A stretch of 24,000 nucleotides of DNA from Azospirillum sp. SYSU D00513 (GTDB lineage Bacteria > Pseudomonadota > Alphaproteobacteria > Azospirillales > Azospirillaceae), in contig NZ_JAFIQV010000004.1 of the NCBI RefSeq assembly GCF_017356015.1, positions 210,954-234,953 on the forward strand, written 5' to 3'. Below the pieces are notes generated by a model, which did not search any database, was not told the DNA's origin, and saw only the letters and a program-made list of their open reading frames with translations. The position numbers were made by a program, and so were the translations under genes. This document shows positions 1 to 7,922 of the stretch, one piece after another (position 1 is the stretch's first letter; every line of letters starts with the position of its first letter).

Positions 1-6
1 GCGGCC

Positions 7-222
7 ATGACCGACCGCGCCCCCCTTTCCGACCGATACGTCGCCAGACCCGAGCCCGCCGGCCGATGGCTGGTGTGGGACACCCGGAACGATGCCGTGG
101 CACTCTCCCCCGACGGCCCGCTGACCGGGCTGGAGGAAGCACCGGCTGGCGTCTGGGCCGTGGCACTCAACGTGACGGAGACGGTGCGGGTCCGCCGCGA
201 GCGGAGCGAGGTCTCGCCCTGA
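7..222 (+). CDS. small hypothetical protein (71 aa), paralog of 830..1024
   Basis: ATG-initiated ORF. It shares the core motif PEPAGRWLVWD with the second small ORF (DEPGRWLVYD), preceded by (D/E)RY(V/A). I recognise no family. Confidence 0.4.
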   Translation: MTDRAPLSDRYVARPEPAGRWLVWDTRNDAVALSPDGPLTGLEEAPAGVWAVALNVTETVRVRRERSEVSP

Positions 223-384
223 CGCATTTCCCGTTCGAGGGGGCGGGCAAAGTGGATGGGCAATCGGCTGCTTTCGCGCCTTTCGAGGAGATGAAGCTCT
301 CTCTCAGTGCTCTTCCGCCCGGAACCCGCCGGTGAAGGGCCTGTTTCCCTGAGACGCCCGAAGCGATCCTCAGGAGCACATCGG

Positions 385-702
385 ATGCTGAAACACAGCC
401 TGACAGCCGCCGCACTGGTTCTGGCACTCGGCGCATCGATAGCGCCCGGCATGGCCGAGGACGATCGGAACGACGACGGGCGCGCCTTTCGTGACGGAGA
501 GTCCAGCTATTGGATGGAGGGCAACCGCCGGATCTATCTCGGTGAGTCGCGGTTCTTCCCAGGTCGCGGCCTTGGAGACGACGGGGAAGATGACGGAGTT
601 GCCTTCCGGAATGACGATGACGACGATGATGGCGATGACGATCGCGATGACCGCCGGGATGACGATGACGATGACCGCCAGGACGACGATGACGATGATT
701 AG
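385..702 (+). CDS. secreted, extremely Asp-rich small protein (105 aa)
   Basis: ATG at 385 lies 8 nt after AGGAG (372-376). Sec-type signal peptide MLKHSLTAAALVLALGASIAPGMA. Internal repeat DDG(R/V)AFR(D/N). The C-terminal ~45 aa are almost pure D with a few R/G/Q. The ORF-track start at 307 looks like an upstream extension. Confidence 0.55.
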   Translation: MLKHSLTAAALVLALGASIAPGMAEDDRNDDGRAFRDGESSYWMEGNRRIYLGESRFFPGRGLGDDGEDDGVAFRNDDDDDDGDDDRDDRRDDDDDDRQDDDDDD

Positions 703-829
703 CGCGGTCTGCGTATGATGTTCCGCCCGCCGCAGGTTTTCATGACATGACAGGCCAGCCCGGGCAATCCGTGTGATGCATACCGCAGTGTTCATCTTTC
801 GGTAAGATTGCTTGGAAACGCTCCTGTCC

Positions 830-1024
830 ATGCAGGAGCGATACGCACACAAGGCGGACCCCGATGAACCAGGCCGCTGGCTCGTCTATGACGCCAAGCT
901 GCTGGCCGCCGGCGGCGGCTTGCTGGTGGTCGAGCGCGGGCTGACGGAGGTCGGCGCCAAGGTCGTGGCACAGTGGTTCAACGACATGAACCGCGGCGTG
1001 CCGTTCGTGCCACCCCGTGTGTGA
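830..1024 (+). CDS. small hypothetical protein (64 aa from ATG 830; alternative TTG at 812), paralog of 7..222
   Basis: Shares the ERY..PDEPGRWLVYD motif with ORF 7..222. It is convergent with flgH. Confidence 0.45.
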   Translation: MQERYAHKADPDEPGRWLVYDAKLLAAGGGLLVVERGLTEVGAKVVAQWFNDMNRGVPFVPPRV

Positions 1025-1085
1025 CCGCCAAGCCCTATGTCCCTGAACCGACCCTGCCGTCCGCATCCGGAAGGATAGGCCCTCG

Positions 1086-1859
1086 TCAGAAGGGTGCGAT
1101 GATGTCGAACAGCTGCTGGCCGTAGCGCGGCTGCTGGACGTCGGAGATGTGGCCGCGGCCGCCGTAGGAGATCCGGGCCTCGGCAATTTTTTCATAGCTG
1201 ATGGTGTTCTGGGCGGTAATGTCTTCCGGGCGGATGACGCCGGTGATGACCAGGTCGCGCCGTTCGTAGTTCACGCGGACCTCCTGCCGGCCCTGGATCA
1301 CCATGTTGCCGTTGGGCAGGGTCTGGGTGACCAGCGCCGCGACCTTCAGCTCGATCTGCTCCTGCCGGTTGATGGCGCCCCGGCCGGTGTTGGCCGTCGT
1401 GCTCGACATGTCGATCAGGCTGGCCGGGTTGGCGTCGGGCAGCAGGGTGCCCAGCCCGCCGGGGCCTTCCAGCCCGAACATGCCGGGGATGCCCAGCGAT
1501 TCCGAATTGTCGCGGCCGCGCGTGCTCTGGTTGTTCAGCCGGGCCTGGTCGTCGATCTGGATGTTCACCGTCAGGATGTCGCCCACCTTGGCGGCGCGCT
1601 GGTCCTTGAAGAAGGCCTTGGCCCCCGTCCGCCACAGGGAGTTCGGGTTGCGTTCGGCCGGCAGCGGGGTCGGCATCGGCAGGCTGATCGGCTGGTAGCC
1701 GGCGGCGGCCTGCGGGTCCTGAATCTGGGTGAGCTGCGGGCCGGAGCCGATGTCGGCCACGCGCGACACGGCGTTGCAGGCGGGCAGGCCCGCGGCGACG
1801 GCGGCGAGGAGAGCGAAGCGGGCGGCGTGGCGAAGCGCTGGCATCCGGCGGGCGGTCAT
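1086..1859 (-). CDS. flgH: flagellar L-ring lipoprotein FlgH
   Basis: Lipobox GLPAC after the signal peptide. Typical FlgH core (LWRTGAKAFFKDQRA.KVGDILTV.I...; VALVTQTLPNGNMVIQG..EV.VN.E...L.ITGVIRPEDI...NTI.S..IA.ARISYGG.G). RBS GAGGAGAA upstream. Last gene of the flgFGAH order. Confidence 0.93.
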   Translation of the reverse strand: MTARRMPALRHAARFALLAAVAAGLPACNAVSRVADIGSGPQLTQIQDPQAAAGYQPISLPMPTPLPAERNPNSLWRTGAKAFFKDQRAAKVGDILTVNIQIDDQARLNNQSTRGRDNSESLGIPGMFGLEGPGGLGTLLPDANPASLIDMSSTTANTGRGAINRQEQIELKVAALVTQTLPNGNMVIQGRQEVRVNYERRDLVITGVIRPEDITAQNTISYEKIAEARISYGGRGHISDVQQPRYGQQLFDIIAPF

Positions 1860-1871
1860 GGAGCTTTCTCC

Positions 1872-2636
1872 TCAGTTCAGGGCTGCGCCGGGCTTTGCCA
1901 CGGCGACATGGTTGATGCCGGCGACCGTCGCTTCGACGATGCGGTTGGATTGGGTGTTGACGACGCGGATGACGTCGCCCTTGCCGCCGTCCTGCAGGGC
2001 CTTGCCCTGGGCCGACAGCGACATGGTCCCGGTGACCAGCGTGATGGTGACGATGGCGCCCTTGTCGATGATCCGCGGCGACTGGAGATCGCGCAGCCGG
2101 ATCGGCTGGCCGGGGGCGAGCACGCGGCGGGGAACCTGTCCGAGGAGCTGGGCCTCGCCGGCGACGATGTCGCTGCCGGTCTGGTCGGCGCGCATCTCCT
2201 GCCAGGTGATGTCCTCCGGCCCGATGGGCTCGCCGGGCAGGGCGCGCTGGACCAGCATCGGCACCTGCACCACCCCGTAGGCCCGGCCCGAGACGGGCAG
2301 GCGTGCCGCCGGGGCGCCGGCCGGGCCGGTGGCGACCACCTCTGCCGCGAAACGGCCCTGCGCCGCGCTGTAATGGAGGTTCTGCACCGCCAGCCCCTCG
2401 GTTCCCTGCGGGGCGCGCAATTCCAGAGCGCGCCCGTCCAGCTCCAGCCGCATCTCGCCCAGCCGGATCTGCGCGGCCAGCGCGTCCGTCAACACCGCCT
2501 CGATGTGCGGCTGGCCATAGACCACCGGCGCCGACGCCGGCGCTCCGGCGAAGGCCGGGGCGGGGACGGCCGTGGCCGCGATGGCCGAGACGGCGAGGGT
2601 GGTGCCGAGGAGGAGGGCGGCGGCGGTGCGCTTCAT
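1872..2636 (-). CDS. flgA: flagellar P-ring assembly chaperone FlgA
   Basis: N-terminal signal peptide. C-terminal SAF-like segment (GQPIRLRDLQSPRIIDKGAIVTITLVTGTMSLSAQGKALQDGGKGDVIRVVNTQSNRIVEATV), typical of FlgA. Sits between flgG and flgH. Confidence 0.85.
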   Translation of the reverse strand: MKRTAAALLLGTTLAVSAIAATAVPAPAFAGAPASAPVVYGQPHIEAVLTDALAAQIRLGEMRLELDGRALELRAPQGTEGLAVQNLHYSAAQGRFAAEVVATGPAGAPAARLPVSGRAYGVVQVPMLVQRALPGEPIGPEDITWQEMRADQTGSDIVAGEAQLLGQVPRRVLAPGQPIRLRDLQSPRIIDKGAIVTITLVTGTMSLSAQGKALQDGGKGDVIRVVNTQSNRIVEATVAGINHVAVAKPGAALN

Positions 2637-2682
2637 GGCGGAATTCCCTGGGCCGGAGAGGTGTGGTGCGGGTCAGGCCGGC

Positions 2683-3468
2683 TTATTTCAGCTGCCCGGC
2701 CTGCTGCATCATCTCGTCGGTGGTCTTGATGATCTTGGAGTTCATCTCGTAGGCGCGCTGGGCGGTGATCAGCGTGGTGATCTCCTGCACGACGTTGACG
2801 TTCGAGGTCTCCAGCGCGCCCTGGGTCACGCGGCCGAAGCCGGGAGCGCCGGGGTTGCCGCCGATGGCCTCGCCCGAGGCGGGGGTCTGCAGGAACAGGT
2901 TGTCGCCGATGGCCTCGAGGCCGGCCGCGTTGGCGAAGGTGGCGAGCTGGAGCTGGCCGACATTCTGCGGGTCCACCTGGCCGTCCAGCTTCACCAGCAC
3001 CTCGCCCGACGGGTTGATGGCGATGTCCACCGCCTCGGCCGGGACGGTGATGTTGGGCTGCACCGGATAGCCGTCGGCGGTGACGATCATGCCCTCCGGG
3101 CTCAGCTTGAAGTTGCCGGCGCGGGTGTAGGAGACGTCGCCGTTCGGCAGCTCCACCTGGAAATAGCCCGATCCGTTGATCGCCAGGTCCAGCTTGTTGT
3201 CGGTGACGTTCAGGTTGCCCTGCTCCATCACGCGGGACACGGCGGCGATGCGCACGCCCGCACCGACCTGCACGCCGGTCGGCACGATGGTGCCGGCGTC
3301 CGACGAGGTCGAGCCGATGCGGCGGAAGTTCTGGTAGAGCAGGTCCTGGAACTCGGCGCGCTGCTTCTTGAAGCCGGTCGTCGTCGCGTTGGCGATGTTG
3401 TTCGAGATGGTCTCGACGTTGAACTGCTGGGCGATCATCCCGGTCGCGCCGATGGCGAGGCTGCGCAT
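2683..3468 (-). CDS. flgG: flagellar distal rod protein FlgG
   Basis: N-terminal MRSL.IGATGM.AQQ.NV..ISNNIANA.TTGFK and C-terminal LE.SNVN.V.E...LI.AQRAYE.N.K motifs of rod/hook family proteins. 261 aa. RBS AGAAGGAAAG. Confidence 0.95.
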   Translation of the reverse strand: MRSLAIGATGMIAQQFNVETISNNIANATTTGFKKQRAEFQDLLYQNFRRIGSTSSDAGTIVPTGVQVGAGVRIAAVSRVMEQGNLNVTDNKLDLAINGSGYFQVELPNGDVSYTRAGNFKLSPEGMIVTADGYPVQPNITVPAEAVDIAINPSGEVLVKLDGQVDPQNVGQLQLATFANAAGLEAIGDNLFLQTPASGEAIGGNPGAPGFGRVTQGALETSNVNVVQEITTLITAQRAYEMNSKIIKTTDEMMQQAGQLK

Positions 3469-3497
3469 GATGGTTCTTTCCTTCTCTTCGGGATGCG

Positions 3498-4220
3498 TCA
3501 GACGGAGCGGCCGAGCCGCTGGATGGCGGTGCGCATGCGCTCGTTCTCGCTGTCGATCAGCTTCTGGGCCGACTGGTACTGGCGCTGCACGTCGATCATC
3601 GCGGTCATCTCCGAAACGGGCTTCACGTTGGAATTCTCAAGCAAGCCCTGTGCCACTTTCGTGTCCACCGGTGCCGGCTGCGGCTCCTCGTCGCTGACGT
3701 AGAGGCCGGCGCCGACCTCGGTCATCAGCTGCTCGTTGGGGAAGGTGACGATGTTCAACCGGCCGACCGGGCCGAGTTCGGTGGAGATGGTGCCGTCGCC
3801 GGCCACCTTGATGTCCGTGGTGCCGGCGGGGATCGTGATGGGCTGTCCGTTGTCGGCCAGCACGGGCAGGCCGCCCTGGTCCACCACCTGCCGCTGGTCG
3901 TTCATCTGGAAGCTGCCGGCGCGGGTGTAGCGGGGGCCGTTGACCGTATCAACCGTGAAATAGCCGTTGCCGGTGAGCGCCAGGTCCAGCGGGTTGCCGG
4001 TCTGGGCGAGATGGCCGGTGGAAAGGTCGCGCACCACCGCGCGGTCCTGCACGAAGCTCACCTTCTCGTGCAGGCCGGGGCGCTCCACGAACTCCGTGAA
4101 CAGCATGCGCTGCTGCTTGAAGCCCGTGGTGTTCATGTTCGCGACGTTGTTCGAAATGACGTCGAGCTGGCGGCGCAGGGTCATCTGGCGCGACAGGGCG
4201 ACGTAGATCGGGTTTTCCAT
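3498..4220 (-). CDS. flgF: flagellar proximal rod protein FlgF
   Basis: From ATG at 4220 the product starts MENPIYVALSRQMTLRRQLDVISNNVANMNTTGFK and ends LENSNV.PV.EMT.MI...R.Y, which are rod-family motifs. The ORF-track start at 4373 adds 51 non-conserved residues that overlap the promoter region. Confidence 0.9.
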   Translation of the reverse strand: MENPIYVALSRQMTLRRQLDVISNNVANMNTTGFKQQRMLFTEFVERPGLHEKVSFVQDRAVVRDLSTGHLAQTGNPLDLALTGNGYFTVDTVNGPRYTRAGSFQMNDQRQVVDQGGLPVLADNGQPITIPAGTTDIKVAGDGTISTELGPVGRLNIVTFPNEQLMTEVGAGLYVSDEEPQPAPVDTKVAQGLLENSNVKPVSEMTAMIDVQRQYQSAQKLIDSENERMRTAIQRLGRSV

Positions 4221-4276
4221 CGGCGGCCTCTCAGGATCTGTGCCGGCGGAGCCTTTCCGTCCGGCACCCATCCCTA

Positions 4277-4292
4277 TGCAGCCGCCGTGCCA
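4277..4292 (-). promoter_or_regulatory. candidate sigma-54 (-24/-12) promoter for flgFGAH
   Basis: The minus strand reads TGGCACGGCGGCTGCA, against consensus TGGCACG-N4-TTGCA. There is one mismatch (C for T at -14) and the GG-N10-GC spacing is correct. The -12 element is about 55 nt upstream of the flgF ATG (4220). Confidence 0.5.
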
Positions 4293-4365
4293 GTCCAGGA
4301 TCGGCGCCATTTTCCCGAGCCTACCCGGAAGAGTTGGGGCGAACGGGACCCGCTGGTGCCGGCCG

Positions 4366-4427
4366 CCGGGCAAAAGCTGCCGCCGGCCCGGAAAAGATCA
4401 CGGGCGGCGCCCGGCAAGAAGCTCCCG
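4366..4427. promoter_or_regulatory. two related GGCAA-AAGCT-CCG repeats; candidate enhancer (bEBP/FlbD-type UAS)
   Basis: CCGGGCAAAAGCTGCCGCCGG (4366-4386) contains the imperfect palindrome CGGGCA-N5-TGCCGC. GCCCGGCAAGAAGCTCCCG (4409-4427) is a related copy. The centres are about 44 bp apart and lie about 85-130 bp upstream of the sigma-54-like promoter, relative to minus-strand transcription. Confidence 0.3.
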
Positions 4428-4564
4428 TTCCCGCCAGCGGACGCGCGGCGGGTGAGGGCCGGAACCGAAGGCCGGCGGCGGGGCCGCGGCACTGGCGAGG
4501 GGTGCGGCCGCGGCAACCGCGCCTTCAATCAAGAAGCGTGCCGACTCGCCGCGGAACCCCTATC

Positions 4565-4580
4565 CTAAGGGTTTTTTAAC
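4565..4580 (+). promoter_or_regulatory. near-consensus CtrA-box-like motif upstream of fliL
   Basis: CTAA-N7-TTAAC, against consensus TTAA-N7-TTAAC (one mismatch), about 110 bp upstream of the fliL ATG. It is a rare AT-rich motif in very GC-rich DNA. Confidence 0.3.
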
Positions 4581-4690
4581 TATCCGAAAGATAGGCTGAT
4601 CGGGCAGGACGGGCCGGATTTCCCGACGTGAAGCCCCGCCGTGACGCCCCGCCGTGATGAAGCGTCCCCGAACCCACTTCCAGGACACCG

Positions 4691-5233
4691 ATGACCGCGA
4701 CCGCCGACAACGACGCAGGCGACCTTTCGGGCGAAGGCCTGCCGCGCAAGAAGTTCAGCGGCAAGAAGCTGGTGCTGTTCATCATCCTGCCGCTGGTGCT
4801 GCTGATCGGCGCCGGCGCCGGTGTCTATTTCAGCGGGCTGCTGGACTCCCTGCTCGGCAAGGAGGAGCACGCGGAGGAACAGGCGGCGGAGGCGCCTCCG
4901 GCGGACCCGGCGCACGACCCGCTGCTGAACCCGGTCTTCTACGACCTGCCGGACATGCTGGTGAACCTGAACAGCACCGGCAAGCGCCCGTCCTACCTGA
5001 AGATCCGGATTTCGATCCAGCTCTCCAAGCCGGAGGACGTGCCGGCGGTGGAGCATGTGCTGCCGCGCATCATCGACAACTTCCAGGTGTATCTGCGCGA
5101 GTTGCGGCTGGACGACCTGAAGGGGTCGGCCGGCATGTACCGCCTGCGCCAGGAGCTTCTGATGCGCATCACCGCGGCCGCCCATCCCGTGAAGGTGAAG
5201 GACGTGCTGTTCAAGGAAATGCTGGTCCAGTAG
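4691..5233 (+). CDS. fliL: flagellar basal-body-associated protein FliL
   Basis: Single N-terminal TM helix (KLVLFIILPLVLLIGAGAGVYF), then FYDLPDMLVNL......YLKI.I.L, typical of FliL. Immediately upstream of fliM. Confidence 0.9.
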   Translation: MTATADNDAGDLSGEGLPRKKFSGKKLVLFIILPLVLLIGAGAGVYFSGLLDSLLGKEEHAEEQAAEAPPADPAHDPLLNPVFYDLPDMLVNLNSTGKRPSYLKIRISIQLSKPEDVPAVEHVLPRIIDNFQVYLRELRLDDLKGSAGMYRLRQELLMRITAAAHPVKVKDVLFKEMLVQ

Positions 5234-5251
5234 GGCGGCGGAGGCGAAGCG

Positions 5252-6331
5252 ATGAGCAACACCGAGGAACTCAGCGAGGACGAACGGCTCGCCGCCGAAT
5301 GGGCCGCCATGGCGGAGGACAGCGGCGACGTCGGCGACATGGCCGACATGGGCGGCGGTTCGACCCGCGTCCTGAACCAGGACGAGATCGACAGCCTGCT
5401 GGGCTTCGACCAGAGTGGCGTCGGCGACGGCGACAACTCCGGCATCATGGCGCTGGTCAACTCGGCGCTGGTCAACTACGAACGCCTGCCCATGCTGGAG
5501 GTGGTCTTCGACCGCCTCGTCCGCATGATGTCCACGAGCCTCCGAAACTTCACCTCCGACAACGTCGAGGTCAGCCTCGACCAGATCTCGTCGGTGCGTT
5601 TCGGCGACTACCTGAACTCCATCCCGCTGCCGGCCATGCTGTCGGTCTTCAAGGCGGAGGAATGGGACAATTACGGCCTGATGGTCGTGGATTCGGCGCT
5701 GATCTACTCCATCGTGGACGTGCTGCTGGGCGGCCGCCGCGGCACCGCCGCGATGCGCATCGAGGGCCGCCCCTACACCACGATCGAGCGCAACCTGGTC
5801 GAGCGGATGGTCCATGTCGTGCTGTCCGACCTGTCGGCGGCCTTCGACCCGCTGTCGCCGGTGACCTTCCGCTTCGACCGGCTGGAGACGAACCCGCGCT
5901 TCGCGACCATCGCGCGGCCCGCCAACGCCGCCGTGCTGGTGAAGCTGCGCATCGACATGGAGGATCGCGGCGGCCGGCTTGAGCTGATGATCCCCTACGC
6001 GACGCTGGAACCCGTCCGCGAGCTTCTGCTGCAGATGTTCATGGGCGAGAAGTTCGGCCGCGACTCGATCTGGGAAACCCACTTGGCGTCGGAACTGCTG
6101 GTCACCGACGTGGACATGTCGGCCGTGCTGGACGAGGTGACGATGACCCTGCACGACGTGCTGAACTGGCGCGTCGGCACCCGCATCCTGCTGAACGCCA
6201 CGCCGGACGGCGCGATCGAGCTTCGCTGCGGCGACGTGTCGATGTTCCAGGGACGCATGGGGCGCAAGGGCGGCCACATCGCCGTGCGCCTCGAAAAGGA
6301 ACTCCCCAAGCAGGAAGTGATGCGGCTATGA
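5252..6331 (+). CDS. fliM: flagellar motor switch protein FliM
   Basis: N-terminal CheY-P-binding-type motif LNQDEIDSLLGF. The FliM middle and C-terminal regions are conserved (ERLPMLEVVFDRL.R; SPOA-like C-terminus). RBS GGAGG. Confidence 0.93.
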   Translation: MSNTEELSEDERLAAEWAAMAEDSGDVGDMADMGGGSTRVLNQDEIDSLLGFDQSGVGDGDNSGIMALVNSALVNYERLPMLEVVFDRLVRMMSTSLRNFTSDNVEVSLDQISSVRFGDYLNSIPLPAMLSVFKAEEWDNYGLMVVDSALIYSIVDVLLGGRRGTAAMRIEGRPYTTIERNLVERMVHVVLSDLSAAFDPLSPVTFRFDRLETNPRFATIARPANAAVLVKLRIDMEDRGGRLELMIPYATLEPVRELLLQMFMGEKFGRDSIWETHLASELLVTDVDMSAVLDEVTMTLHDVLNWRVGTRILLNATPDGAIELRCGDVSMFQGRMGRKGGHIAVRLEKELPKQEVMRL

Positions 6332-6882
6332 GCCCGAACCTCTCGCTCATCCTCGACCTGGTGATGGTCGGCCTGCTGGCCGCGACCATCGCCTACGCCA
6401 TCATCCTGAACAAGCAGATCATCAGGCTGCGCGAGAGCCGGGGCGAGATGGCCGAGCTGATCGTCGGCCTGAACGAGGCGATGTCGAAGGCCGAGACCGG
6501 CGTGCGCGGCATGAAGAAGACCGCGTCCGACACGGGCGAGGACCTCCAGCGCGCCATCGGCAAGGCCCAGGCCCTGCGCGACGAGCTGCATTTCATGCTG
6601 GAGACGGGCGAGGGGCTCGCCAACCGGCTCAGCGGCTCCAGCGGCGGCGGCGGCGAGCGGGCCAAGGCGCCCGCGCGTCCGCTGGCCCCCGGCCCCCGGC
6701 CGCTGGCGGCCACCCGCCCGCCGGCCGAGGACGGGCCGCTGCCGGTCAAGCGGAGCCTCGCCGCCTCCCCGCCGCCGGCACCCCTGCGCGAGGCGGGCGA
6801 GCAGGACACGATCACGCGCGAGGGCGAAACCCTCTCCCGGGCCGAGCGCGAACTGCTCCAGGCCATCGAGAACCGTCGGTAA
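6328..6882 (+). CDS. bitopic membrane protein with coiled-coil and Pro-rich tail; PflI-like (DUF6468-type) flagellar protein
   Basis: The ATG overlaps the fliM stop (ATGA). N-terminal TM helix, coiled-coil, and P/A-rich C-terminal half. This position after fliLM and this architecture match what I recall for Caulobacter PflI. The assignment is from memory and is not verified. Confidence 0.5.
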   Translation: MSPNLSLILDLVMVGLLAATIAYAIILNKQIIRLRESRGEMAELIVGLNEAMSKAETGVRGMKKTASDTGEDLQRAIGKAQALRDELHFMLETGEGLANRLSGSSGGGGERAKAPARPLAPGPRPLAATRPPAEDGPLPVKRSLAASPPPAPLREAGEQDTITREGETLSRAERELLQAIENRR

Positions 6883-6891
6883 GGGCGCGCC

Positions 6892-7863
6892 ATGGCAGAG
6901 AACACCACCCCCAAGGGCCCGGCGCCGGGCGCCGAACCCAGGGTCGTCATCCGCCCGGCCGGCGCGCTGCCGCCCGGCGGCGTCCGCACCACGCAGGGCA
7001 TCGCCGGCCATGGCGCCGCCGTCCAGCCGCCGCCCGCCGCCGCGAAGGCCGCGGCCGCCCGCAAGAAGGCAAAGCCCGCCGCCAGGCGCGCGAAGCGTCC
7101 GGCCGGCCCCTCGCTCGCCGCCCGGCTGAAGGCGTCCGTGAAGGGCATGCGCTTCCGCATTCTGCCCGTGACCATCTTCGTCGCCGTGCTGATGCTGGGC
7201 CTGCGCGTCGGCGACCTGTGGCGCATCGCCGCCCGCGACGCCCAGCTTCCGGACTTCCCGGTCTCCCACGCCGAGGCGACGGCGCCCAAGCCGGGCGATG
7301 CGAAGCCCGGCGATGCCAAGACGGCCGCCGGCTCCAGCGAGGCGCCGGCCAAGGGGCAGGGGCAGCCGGCCGCCGCTCCCGCGCAGGGCGGCGCGAGCGC
7401 GTCCTCCTCCCCGCCGCCGATGACGGCGGCCGACGGGCCGCTCGGCCCGGTCCGGAACGAGGAGCTGCTCCAGCATTTCGCGGAGCGCCGCGCCGAGCTG
7501 GAGCGGCGCGTGAAGGAGGCCGAGCAGCGCGAGGCGCTGCTCGCCGCGGCGGAAAAGCGCATCGACCAGAAGATCCAGGAGATGGACAAGGTCCGCGCCG
7601 ACATCCAGAAGCTGATGAAGGACGGCGACCAGCAGCAGTCCGAGCAGATCGACAGCCTCGTGAAGATCTACGAGACGATGAAGCCGAAGGACGCCGCCCG
7701 CATCTTCGAGGAGCTGGAGATGCCCGTCCTGCTCGGCGTGATCCAGCGCATGAAGGAGCAGAAGACCGCCCTCGTGCTCGCCGCCATGGACCCGGTCAAG
7801 GCCAAGGAAGTGACCTCCGCCCTGGTCGCCAGCCGCACCCTGCCGGCGCTGCCGCAGCCGTGA
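6892..7863 (+). CDS. motE: MotE-family (MgtE-N-like) flagellar motility protein
   Basis: The C-terminal KIYETMKPKDAARIFEELEMPVLLGVIQRMKEQKTALVLAAMDPVKAKEVTSAL matches the MotE/MgtE_N-like signature. TM helix (ILPVTIFVAVLMLGL), P/A-rich linker and coiled-coil. Confidence 0.65.
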   Translation: MAENTTPKGPAPGAEPRVVIRPAGALPPGGVRTTQGIAGHGAAVQPPPAAAKAAAARKKAKPAARRAKRPAGPSLAARLKASVKGMRFRILPVTIFVAVLMLGLRVGDLWRIAARDAQLPDFPVSHAEATAPKPGDAKPGDAKTAAGSSEAPAKGQGQPAAAPAQGGASASSSPPPMTAADGPLGPVRNEELLQHFAERRAELERRVKEAEQREALLAAAEKRIDQKIQEMDKVRADIQKLMKDGDQQQSEQIDSLVKIYETMKPKDAARIFEELEMPVLLGVIQRMKEQKTALVLAAMDPVKAKEVTSALVASRTLPALPQP

Positions 7864-7870
7864 CGGCGCG

Positions 7871-7895
7871 CCGCCAGGCCGCTGTGGCCCGGCGG
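7871..7895 (+). terminator. GC-rich hairpin after the motE-like gene (possible terminator, no T-tract)
   Basis: CCGCCAGGCC-gctgt-GGCCCGGCGG forms a 10-bp stem with one mismatch, 8 nt after the stop codon. No U-tract follows, so this is weak as an intrinsic terminator. Confidence 0.3.
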
Positions 7896-7922
7896 CCACG
7901 GCGGCGGTGCGAATAGCCTTCA

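Noticed and set aside
590-700. GAT/GAC-rich tandem-looking repeat; checked as a possible microsatellite or CRISPR-like array
   Set aside because: It is an imperfect codon-level repetition encoding the poly-Asp tail of ORF 385..702. It has no repeat-spacer organisation.
1025-1085. Possible bidirectional terminator between the convergent small ORF and flgH
   Set aside because: There is only a 4-bp stem (TCCG/CGGA) and no T-tract, which is too weak to call.
1149-2729. 526-aa plus-strand ORF across flgH/flgA
   Set aside because: It is antisense to two well-supported flagellar genes. Its Arg/Gly/Ala/Asp-rich low-complexity translation is typical of spurious long ORFs in very GC-rich DNA.
3498-4373. 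Extended FlgF start (291 aa)
   Set aside because: The extra 51 residues are non-conserved and cover the sigma-54-like promoter. The canonical rod-protein N-terminus begins at ATG 4220.
4221-4690. Several 70-185-aa ORFs in the flgF-fliL intergenic region (4011..4568, 4240..4455, 4274..4528, 4334..4579, 4576..4785)
   Set aside because: They overlap each other in different frames, have Arg/Pro/Gly-rich translations and lack RBS sites. The region is better explained as a divergent promoter and enhancer region.
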